IMG/VR virus record: IMGVR_UViG_2713896778_000015
DNA length: 4,511 bases
Strand: one strand, 5' to 3'
Origin: a virus
Taxonomy: Duplodnaviria > Heunggongvirae > Uroviricota > Caudoviricetes
The translations under genes and the position numbers were made by a program. Below, piece after piece: positions 1 to 4,511 of the stretch. The notes under the pieces are model-generated. The model saw nothing but the letters and a program-made list of their open reading frames with translations. It made no database searches and was not told where the DNA came from. Position 1 is the first letter of the stretch, and the number at the start of each line of letters is the position of its first letter.

Positions 1-56
1 TCCGCAAGGTCTGACGGCGACGCCGCCCTGACAACATCATAATGTTTAAATGTCAT
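1..56 (-). CDS. N-terminal fragment of an unknown protein (MTFKHYDVVRAASPSDLA...), continuing beyond the window start
   Basis: ATG at 56..54 on the minus strand, preceded by GGGAGG 4 nt upstream (a little short). Frame stays open for 18 codons to the window edge. Too short for the ORF track. No family recognised. Confidence 0.35.
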   Translation of the reverse strand, partial: MTFKHYDVVRAASPSDLA

Positions 57-98
57 TATTCCTCCCGGCCGGGATAGTGTATTAAATCAGATATGGAG

Positions 99-145
99 TG
101 GGCTGTAGTCCGGAAGCCTGAATGACACACGGGGACTACAGCCCA
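99..145. repeat. 13-bp perfect inverted repeat (TGGGCTGTAGTCC / GGACTACAGCCCA) around a 21-nt spacer
   Basis: Arms at 99-111 and 133-145 are exact reverse complements, read directly. Lies in the presumed 5' leader of the minus-strand ORF that starts at 56. Not followed by a T-tract on either strand, so not a terminator. Confidence 0.7.
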
Positions 146-240
146 AGAAATGAAAAAAGGCCACGCAGTTGCGCAGCCTGATAAACCCTGGTTAAAATCC
201 ACACGATAACAACACAACAATATCAGTATCTCATGCTATT

Positions 241-265
241 GCCCGAACCCATTCGGGCATTTTTT
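241..265 (+). terminator. Intrinsic terminator-like hairpin, plus-strand orientation
   Basis: GCCCGAA-CCCA-TTCGGGC stem-loop (241-258) followed by A-TTTTTT (259-265). On the minus strand the same hairpin is not followed by a U-run. Confidence 0.5.
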
Positions 266-277
266 ACCCATAAAAAA

Positions 278-327
278 NNNNNNNNNNNNNNNNNNNNNNN
301 NNNNNNNNNNNNNNNNNNNNNNNNNNN
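278..327. other. Run of 50 N (assembly gap or masked sequence)
   Basis: Literal N characters at 278-327. Confidence 0.95.
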
Positions 328-528
328 GCATGTTTGCATGCACATTCTTTTTCTTGCATGGTGCCGGGTGCCTCCCGGTGAATTCAGTACCAGCACCTGA
401 ATCCGCGATTATCCCATATACCTACTCACTGATTGCCCCTCCGCACAGGGGGATTCACCATGCCAGTTTCTTTTAACAAACTCCCCGCAAACCAGACAAC
501 AGTCAACCGCCTGAATTGTGAGACATTT

Positions 529-554
529 AAAAAAAAGGCCCGCAAAAGCGAGCC
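529..554 (-). terminator. Intrinsic terminator just downstream of the tRNA-like gene
   Basis: On the minus strand: GGCTCGC-TTTT-GCGGGCC hairpin (one mismatch) at 554..537, followed by a run of 8 T (536..529). It begins 15 nt after the tRNA-like 3' end. Confidence 0.5.
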
Positions 555-568
555 AGGGAAAATAAGTG

Positions 569-644
569 TGGCGCGTTGTACTGGATTCGAACCAGCGACC
601 TGGCGATTATGCGTCGCTCGCTCTCACCACTGAGCTAAAGGGCC
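569..644 (-). tRNA. tRNA-like gene, 76 nt, CAU anticodon, Ile2/Met-type body; acceptor stem does not pair and position 33 is G, so probably a chimeric or pseudo tRNA
   Basis: Minus-strand sequence GGCCCTTTAGCTCAGTGGTGAGAGCGAGCGACGCATAATCGCCAGGTCGCTGGTTCGAATCCAGTACAACGCGCCA. D-arm GCTC/AGTGGTGA/GAGC and T-arm GCTGG/TTCGAAT/CCAGT are canonical. Anticodon loop is CGCATAA. The 5' strand GGCCCTT pairs with the 3' strand ACAACGC only at the two terminal positions. Confidence 0.55.
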
Positions 645-653
645 GGGAGCAGA

Positions 654-682
654 ATAATAACGGTCCGTAATTAATTCCGCAA
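654..682 (-). promoter_or_regulatory. Candidate sigma70 promoter for the tRNA-like gene
   Basis: Minus strand: -35 TTGCGG (682..677), 17-nt spacer, -10 TATTAT (659..654). The -10 ends 9 nt upstream of the tRNA 5' end. The -35 is weak. Confidence 0.3.
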
Positions 683-707
683 TAAAAAACCCGCTCAATG
701 GCGGGTT
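681..707 (-). terminator. Intrinsic terminator ending the upstream (Rha-like gene) transcript
   Basis: Minus strand: AACCCGC-CATTGA-GCGGGTT hairpin (707..688) followed by TTTTTTATT. Its T-tract overlaps the proposed tRNA promoter -35. Confidence 0.5.
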
Positions 708-943
708 CTGGTAAAGTTCATGCGCTTGGTTCGCCTCGCGATACAGCTTTGCGAAGCGTACCGGAATTGAAGCAGTTTATGTGCAAAAATGCAAGAACTT
801 TTTTAAAGCTGCATCAACCTTTCCACCAGTTTATCTCTGCGAACAACAAACCAACCATTGGCTCTCGCCAGTTCCAGCCATGACTCAAGGGAAATAACAA
901 TATCATCATCCCGTAACTGAATTGTGGAAACAGTGACACCACC

Positions 944-1362
944 TCACTGATAACAGAGAACTCGCGTGTCGTAACTTTTCTGGCATGCAACTGGCGCTGA
1001 CGGATCCTTTTGACTGAAATAGCAGTCTTCCAGTTTTTCGAACACATCCCACGCCTGATCGGTTTCGAGCATTTTTGCGTGGCGGGCTGCTCCGCGTTCT
1101 GTCCAGAGGATAAGGGAGCGGGCTTTGGGAGAGATGGGATTTTGTGAGTAGTTTAAAGCTACCCGCAATTCTTTAAGGTCATTACCAACAACTTTGAAAA
1201 NNNNNNNNNNNNNNNNNNNNNNNNNNNNNNNNNNNNNNNNNNNNNNNNNNGAATACGCACCGGCTCAGTGCCGTAAAGCTGCGCCAAAAGTTCGGTGGTA
1301 ATAACAGGAATCCGGTTATGGGTGATCGGGGAGAGAGTTTCAACAGAAATTTGAGTTGTCAT
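944..1362 (-). CDS. Phage regulatory protein, Rha/antirepressor-like (tentative), interrupted by the N-run at 1201-1250
   Basis: ATG at 1362..1360 with GAGGG 7 nt upstream. N-terminus MTTQISVETLSPITHNRIPVITTELLAQLYGTEPVRI. After the N-run the frame of ORF 944..1168 is open back to the gap (FKVVGNDLKELRVALNYSQNPISPKARSLILWTERGAARHAKMLETDQAWDVFEKLEDCYF...). The two track ORFs are one gene whose frame is broken by the arbitrary gap length. Family call is from motif recall only. Confidence 0.45.
1201..1250. other. Run of 50 N (assembly gap or masked sequence) inside a gene
   Basis: Literal N characters at 1201-1250; ORF frames on either side differ. Confidence 0.95.
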
Positions 1363-1375
1363 AATGACGCCCTCT

Positions 1376-1443
1376 GGTGGTTTCTAAACTATCACCACCG
1401 TCAGGTTCCAATCATCGGGTGGTGAGACGCACAGGGTTGGAAC
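1376..1443 (-). promoter_or_regulatory. Structured 5' leader of the Rha-like gene: interleaved complementary segments (pseudoknot-capable or alternative hairpins) next to the ribosome-binding site
   Basis: Plus-strand coordinates: GGTGGT 1376-1381, TCACCACC 1392-1399, GTTCCAA 1405-1411, GGTGGTGA 1418-1425, TTGGAAC 1437-1443. 1392-1399 can pair with either 1418-1425 or 1376-1381; 1405-1411 pairs with 1437-1443. The Shine-Dalgarno (complement of 1366-1370) lies directly 3' of the ACCACC segment on the mRNA. Confidence 0.3.
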
Positions 1444-1520
1444 TACCGGGAAACCGACCGGCGAGCTTTTCAGCTCCCCCATGCGCCCCACCATAATTCA
1501 GATGTGCGCGTGCATACGAC

Positions 1521-1545
1521 AATAAAAAACACGCTCGCGGCGTGT
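1521..1545 (-). terminator. Intrinsic terminator downstream of the Q-like gene (tR'-like)
   Basis: Minus strand: ACACGC-CGCGA-GCGTGT hairpin (1545..1529) followed by TTTTTATT. On the plus strand the hairpin is followed by GTCTGTCGCGG, so it is minus-oriented. Confidence 0.6.
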
Positions 1546-1606
1546 GTCTGTCGCGGTCTCTATCCGGGGTTCCAATCCCGACGCCAGATTTTGCTGGCGC
1601 GTGAGG

Positions 1607-1636
1607 AATATAGCCCCGGATAACAGATTGAGTCAA
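1607..1636 (-). promoter_or_regulatory. Candidate late promoter (PR'-like) overlapping the stop codon of the Q-like gene
   Basis: Minus strand: -35 TTGACT (1636..1631), 18-nt spacer, -10 TATATT (1612..1607). Predicted start near 1600, about 75 nt upstream of the terminator at 1521-1545. A 6-bp hairpin CGCCAG/CTGGCG (1582-1599) sits in the initial transcribed region. Confidence 0.45.
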
Positions 1637-2187
1637 CAGACGGTTTTTAGATCCCCGGAAGAGAATGCATCACGCATCGGTAGATAGAGCATATATTCAG
1701 CAAGATTTAGCCATACATCTACCCGACTGCAGCACGTCCGAAAACACCACTCAGGGTGTGAATCATTCAGCAATTCAGCCATTTTTCGCTTAGTCATCCC
1801 CCTCCCTTCATATCGTTGCCGGAGGATACAAATCAATCCTGGGTGTTCTGCCAGCACTTCACTAATCACCCGATCAATGCATAACGCCTCTGCATCAGTA
1901 CAATGCACCAGCCAGCTTTTTTGCTTGCCGTTGATCATATCCCGCAAAAAAGCCTCAAGTTCAGGTTTGTCCAAACCTGCTTTTTTCATCCTCCGGAGCG
2001 CCTCGTTAATTGCCGTTTTTGTCAGCTTTTTAGAGGTCAGCAACTGGTTGAACATATTTCCCGTCTTACCGCCGCCAATATACGACCAGCGCCCCCACAT
2101 GCGCAGTTTTCCCTGAATCCAGACACTTTCCAGCGTGGTGAGACGAAGGCGTTCCCCGCTTTTGCCTGTATTTGTTGGGTAAATCAT
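1633..2187 (-). CDS. Putative late-gene antiterminator Q-like protein (184 aa), assigned mainly by position
   Basis: ATG at 2187..2185 overlaps the upstream stop as ATGA. The track start at 2307 would overlap the YbcO-like gene in another frame. Sits directly after the DUF1367/DUF1364 nin-type genes and directly before a promoter plus short terminator. Cys pattern HCTDAEALC...CFRTCC could be a metal site. Sequence family not verified. Confidence 0.55.
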   Translation of the reverse strand: MIYPTNTGKSGERLRLTTLESVWIQGKLRMWGRWSYIGGGKTGNMFNQLLTSKKLTKTAINEALRRMKKAGLDKPELEAFLRDMINGKQKSWLVHCTDAEALCIDRVISEVLAEHPGLICILRQRYEGRGMTKRKMAELLNDSHPEWCFRTCCSRVDVWLNLAEYMLYLPMRDAFSSGDLKTVC

Positions 2188-2474
2188 AAATAACCTTCCT
2201 TTCTCCAGATTTCTTGTGTGCGAAAAACACCTTCTGCATGCATCAGGCGCAATTCTTCTTTGGTGTAATCGCTGGTTTTTACCCGCCCGTCGATTAAATC
2301 GTGGCATGAGCTACAGGCAATTGCCGCCTGCATATCGTGTGGTTTTGTCGCTGTTCCACACGTCCCCGCCAGCCTGTAATGCGCCAGCACGGACGTTTCG
2401 GGATTGTGATTGCAGTAGCCAGGAATTCTGACTGTACACATCTGACCTTTTGCCGCTTTACGTAAATCCACCAT
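2184..2474 (-). CDS. DUF1364 family phage protein, YbcO-like (96 aa)
   Basis: MVDLRKAAKGQMCTVRIPGYCNHNPETSVLAHYRLAGTCGT...ACSSCHDLID closely matches my recollection of E. coli DLP12 YbcO, including the conserved Cys/His pattern. ATG at 2474..2472 overlaps the upstream stop as TAATG. Confidence 0.8.
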   Translation of the reverse strand: MVDLRKAAKGQMCTVRIPGYCNHNPETSVLAHYRLAGTCGTATKPHDMQAAIACSSCHDLIDGRVKTSDYTKEELRLMHAEGVFRTQEIWRKEGYL

Positions 2475-3073
2475 TACGCAAACTCCAGCAGCTGCGCGGC
2501 CACATTTTCGACTTCCTCCGGAGAGGAAAATTTACGGAACAGGATCCAGTTCCACAGCACATTCAGTACAGATTTATAAACCTGCTGAAACTCGGTTTCG
2601 TCCATGTTCGCAAATGCGATAGATTTTGCCCTGCGCCCACGACTACCATCAGGATAAATATGCTCGGTGTAAAATCCTGCCTGAATGGTTACCCACTCGC
2701 GGAAAGCCTCAAACGACTTTAGCAATGCTGTATCTCGGGTTCTGCGTGTCGCAACTGTATTCAGATATTGCTCTGCGGCTTCGCTCAGAGCTGGCGTATG
2801 TTCCCGGCCTACTGATTCGCACAGATAATCAACGAAACCGGACACCAGTTTTCGCTCGCGAGGAGTGATCGCCCCACCGACCGGAGTCCAGTAATCGAAT
2901 CCGAGTTGCAGAAGTTTGAAAAAACGCTTATGGAATGCGTAGTTACGAACGCGCTTGAAATCAGCGTGTATCCACTCGCCTATTTTGATTTGATGCAGAA
3001 AATCACAACTCTCCGGCGTCGCCGGGAGAAGTAATCCGGAAGAGGTTTGTTTGACCAGTTGTATATGCGCCAT
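2474..3073 (-). CDS. DUF1367-like phage nin-region protein (199 aa)
   Basis: ATG at 3073..3071 with GGAGA 7 nt upstream; the track start at 3085 is a TTG. About 200 aa, immediately upstream of and translationally coupled to the DUF1364 gene. Family assignment from recall of a conserved phage protein. Confidence 0.7.
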   Translation of the reverse strand: MAHIQLVKQTSSGLLLPATPESCDFLHQIKIGEWIHADFKRVRNYAFHKRFFKLLQLGFDYWTPVGGAITPRERKLVSGFVDYLCESVGREHTPALSEAAEQYLNTVATRRTRDTALLKSFEAFREWVTIQAGFYTEHIYPDGSRGRRAKSIAFANMDETEFQQVYKSVLNVLWNWILFRKFSSPEEVENVAAQLLEFA

Positions 3074-3132
3074 TGCTGTCTCCAATGGCGCTGTAGGTTG
3101 CCAGTTGTTCAGGCTGGCTTACGAATTATAAC

Positions 3133-3306
3133 TCATTCGCGAACTACCTTGAAACCGAGCCTTTCAAGGTATTCAATGAATGCCTCGATAGATAAAATTA
3201 CATGATCATCAGGGATTAACGTTGTGTAGACAACTTTCCCATTCTCAACGCGCACAGCATAGAGGCCATTTTCACTAAAAATTTCACGCAATTCTTCGAT
3301 TTTCAT
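3133..3306 (-). CDS. Small hypothetical protein, 57 aa (MKIEELREIFSENGLYAVRVENGKVVYTTLIPDDHVILSIEAFIEYLERLGFKVVRE)
   Basis: ATG at 3306..3304 with AAGGA 8 nt upstream. It is the C-terminal part of track ORF 3133..3420, whose listed start is a TTG. Has its own promoter-like signal and follows a terminator. No family recognised. Confidence 0.45.
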   Translation of the reverse strand: MKIEELREIFSENGLYAVRVENGKVVYTTLIPDDHVILSIEAFIEYLERLGFKVVRE

Positions 3307-3386
3307 CTTCAGAATCCTTCCAGATAAATAGCTCTTCCCCTTCGGGGTCCATCCCTCTTCTCCCTGCGCGCTACTTAAGAGCCTCG

Positions 3387-3414
3387 ATTCTAGCCGTGAA
3401 GACATACCGATCAA
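3387..3414 (-). promoter_or_regulatory. Candidate sigma70 promoter for the 57-aa ORF
   Basis: Minus strand: -35 TTGATC (3414..3409), 16-nt spacer, -10 TAGAAT (3392..3387). Gives a leader of roughly 75 nt. Confidence 0.4.
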
Positions 3415-3493
3415 CAGCAATAAGCCACCTGAATAACAGAATCAGCCAACCACATCAGTACAACCAGATGCATCATACTCACCGAAAATAAAC

Positions 3494-3520
3494 AACAAAA
3501 AACCCGCCGAAGCGGGTTTT
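3494..3520 (-). terminator. Strong intrinsic terminator (bidirectional geometry) ending the Doc-like operon
   Basis: AACCCGC-CGAA-GCGGGTT hairpin (3501-3518) flanked by an A-rich run on the left (3494-3502) and T4 on the right (3517-3520). On the minus strand it is followed by TTTTTTGTT and starts 17 nt after the Doc-like stop. Confidence 0.65.
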
Positions 3521-3534
3521 CATTGGAAGCACCT

Positions 3535-4020
3535 TTAGTTTTGCTGTTCCATTTTAAACTTGATAGTTTCATACAAAACAATAGTTGCGCCTGTTTTACA
3601 TAATTCCCGGCTGTCATACGCGCGAGACCAATAACACAACCAGTTCTCGAGATCTTCTCGAGTATAGGTTTTGCAGGCCAGTCCCTCTGCCATTTCCACG
3701 ATTTCATCGCCTGGTGCTGTTAATTCATAGCCATTCAACAACAAGAAGACGTAACCAGCCATCATAGCTGTTCGTTTGTTCGCATTAGCAAACGGATGAT
3801 TCTGAATCAGACTTTCAATCAATACCGATGCCAGTACAAACATGTCATTAGTCTGTTCATACCATCGAACCATGCTGGGACGGGCCTGAGAAGAACTTAA
3901 GTTATCTGGACTCAGAACACCAACGAGCTCATCTGGCGTCTGTAATTCAATTAGGGAACGATTGATTTCAACAAGATCATCAACCGTAAGGTAATGCACT
4001 CCTTCAACAATCTCAGCCAT
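3535..4020 (-). CDS. Doc (death-on-curing) / Fic-family toxin-like protein, 161 aa
   Basis: Contains HPFANANKRTAMMAG, matching the Doc-type motif H-x-F-x-(D/N)-(A/G)-N-K-R rather than the Fic HPFx(D/E)GNGR. ATG at 4020..4018; the track start at 4029 is a TTG. Begins 18 nt after the stop of a small upstream ORF. Confidence 0.85.
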   Translation of the reverse strand: MAEIVEGVHYLTVDDLVEINRSLIELQTPDELVGVLSPDNLSSSQARPSMVRWYEQTNDMFVLASVLIESLIQNHPFANANKRTAMMAGYVFLLLNGYELTAPGDEIVEMAEGLACKTYTREDLENWLCYWSRAYDSRELCKTGATIVLYETIKFKMEQQN

Positions 4021-4038
4021 AGAGCACAATACCCATCA

Positions 4039-4218
4039 TTACACTTTTGAAAGTTCTTCCATTGCCTTCTCGTAACGAGAAAAACCGAAATCGAAAGCAT
4101 TTTTCACCTGCTCACGATGAGTGCAATTTTCATCGATAGCCGGGCGCGGAGCTGCCACAACGCTTTTATCGCGAGGGGGAATAGTCAATCGCGGGTGTTT
4201 TTTTAGTGCGTAGCTCAT
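4039..4218 (-). CDS. Small ORF upstream of the Doc-like gene, 59 aa; candidate antitoxin/partner, not in the ORF track
   Basis: ATG at 4218..4216 with AAGGGGGG 6 nt upstream and an in-frame TAA 15 nt further upstream. Translation MSYALKKHPRLTIPPRDKSVVAAPRPAIDENCTHREQVKNAFDFGFSRYEKAMEELSKV. Does not resemble Phd as far as I can recall. Confidence 0.45.
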   Translation of the reverse strand: MSYALKKHPRLTIPPRDKSVVAAPRPAIDENCTHREQVKNAFDFGFSRYEKAMEELSKV

Positions 4219-4263
4219 TGGGTGCCCCCCTTACTTCTCCGTCCTGTTCTTTAACAAAAATCA

Positions 4264-4284
4264 AGTCAATACAAAATTAGTCAA
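4264..4284 (-). promoter_or_regulatory. Two direct TTGACT hexamers 15 bp apart upstream of the Doc-like operon (candidate operator or -35 elements)
   Basis: Plus-strand AGTCAA at 4264-4269 and 4279-4284, inside two similar 15-bp units (4256-4270 and 4271-4285, about 10 of 15 identical). No convincing -10 at canonical spacing. Confidence 0.25.
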
Positions 4285-4400
4285 GCTAATGTTGTTAGCA
4301 TATCCTAATACCAATCGTATTCACAACCACAGTACGTGAAAAAAAACCGCCGAAGTAGGTTAAGTGCGGGTGCGTTGAGGATGCCTGACACATCAGAGGT

Positions 4401-4422
4401 GGCGGGGGATTTCGCCCCCGCC
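4401..4422. other. GC-rich 8-bp hairpin (GGCGGGGG-ATTTCG-CCCCCGCC) just after a possible gene end
   Basis: Perfect 8-bp stem. On the minus strand it starts 8 nt after a TAA at 4432..4430. A T8 run on the minus strand lies about 55 nt further downstream (4339-4346). Confidence 0.4.
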
Positions 4423-4429
4423 GGGTCTC

Positions 4430-4511
4430 TTACTCCTCAGGTTCGTAGGCTACGAAGACAGCGACCTCCGTCTGGCCGGTTCGGATTCGTACCTCGCAGA
4501 GGTCTTTCCTC
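4430..4511 (-). CDS. Possible C-terminal end of a gene entering from the right edge (...RKDLCEVRIRTGQTEVAVFVAYEPEE-stop)
   Basis: Only one minus-strand frame is open across 4433-4510, ending at TAA 4432..4430; the other two frames contain stops. Weak statistical support (26 codons). Confidence 0.25.
   Translation of the reverse strand, partial: RKDLCEVRIRTGQTEVAVFVAYEPEE

Noticed and set aside
328-360. Three GCATG repeats and a minus-strand ATG at 360 with an ORF running into the N-run
   Set aside because: The frame cannot be followed across the N-run; the SD is 13 nt from the ATG and inside a small hairpin; too little sequence to support a gene call.
433-633. Plus-strand ORF of 66 aa
   Set aside because: Overlaps the minus-strand tRNA-like gene and its terminator; no ribosome-binding site; composition not protein-like.
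698-1047. ORFs 698..883 (+) and 814..1047 (-), including a 31-codon W-rich tail MMILLFPLSHGWNWREPMVGLLFAEINWWKG starting at 909
   Set aside because: 814..1047 overlaps the Rha-like gene in another frame. The 31-codon part has its only SD-like sequence directly adjacent to the ATG and no recognisable family. The plus ORF has no start signals. Treated as a 3' UTR, though a small peptide cannot be fully excluded.
1412-1636. Minus-strand ORF of 74 aa between the Q-like and Rha-like genes
   Set aside because: Spans the proposed late promoter, leader hairpins and terminator; Gly/Arg/Pro-rich low-complexity translation; more likely regulatory DNA than coding.
1633-2307. Longer 224-aa version of the Q-like ORF starting at 2307
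   Set aside because: The first 40 codons overlap the DUF1364-like gene out of frame; the internal ATG at 2187 overlaps the upstream stop as ATGA, typical of coupled phage genes.
1877-2868. Plus-strand ORFs 1877..2116, 1903..2193, 2216..2431, 2450..2722 and 2626..2868
   Set aside because: All lie antisense to well-supported minus-strand genes, lack ribosome-binding sites, and have biased translations typical of shadow ORFs.
3411-3767. ORFs 3411..3707 (-) and 3585..3767 (+)
   Set aside because: Overlap the Doc-like gene in other frames and run through the terminator and promoter region; no start signals.
4424-4432. boxA-like sequence GTCTCTTAC next to the GC hairpin (possible nut-like site)
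   Set aside because: It is on the plus strand, opposite to all genes here. The hairpin precedes rather than follows it, and it overlaps the candidate stop codon. Most likely coincidental.
1-4511. Shiga toxin genes, CRISPR array, insertion sequence or integrase
   Set aside because: The Q-then-tRNA arrangement recalls Stx phages, but no stx-like ORF, repeat-spacer array, terminal inverted repeats or recombinase gene is present in this window.

Overview
The window reads as the late-regulatory segment of a lambda-like (lambdoid) enterobacterial prophage, with essentially all credible genes on the minus strand. From right to left: a possible C-terminal gene fragment followed by a GC-rich hairpin; a two-gene Doc/Fic-family toxin module (a 59-aa upstream ORF missing from the ORF track, plus a 161-aa Doc-like protein carrying HPFANANKR) closed by a strong intrinsic terminator; a 57-aa orphan ORF with its own promoter; translationally coupled nin-region genes (DUF1367-like, DUF1364/YbcO-like) running into a Q-like late antiterminator candidate; a sigma70-type promoter overlapping the Q stop codon and an intrinsic terminator about 75 nt downstream (PR'/tR'-like); an Rha-like regulator gene split by a 50-N run; a tRNA-like gene (Ile2/CAU-type body with an unpaired acceptor stem) with its own promoter and terminator; and a structured left end containing a 13-bp perfect inverted repeat, a plus-strand terminator, a second 50-N run and the start of another minus-strand ORF. 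The most interesting candidates are the Doc-like toxin with an unrecognised small partner, and the chimeric tRNA-like gene. All family assignments come from motif recall and reading the sequence by eye; no database search or folding was run. No CRISPR array, rRNA or IS element was seen. The plus-strand ORFs in the track look like antisense shadows of the minus-strand genes.
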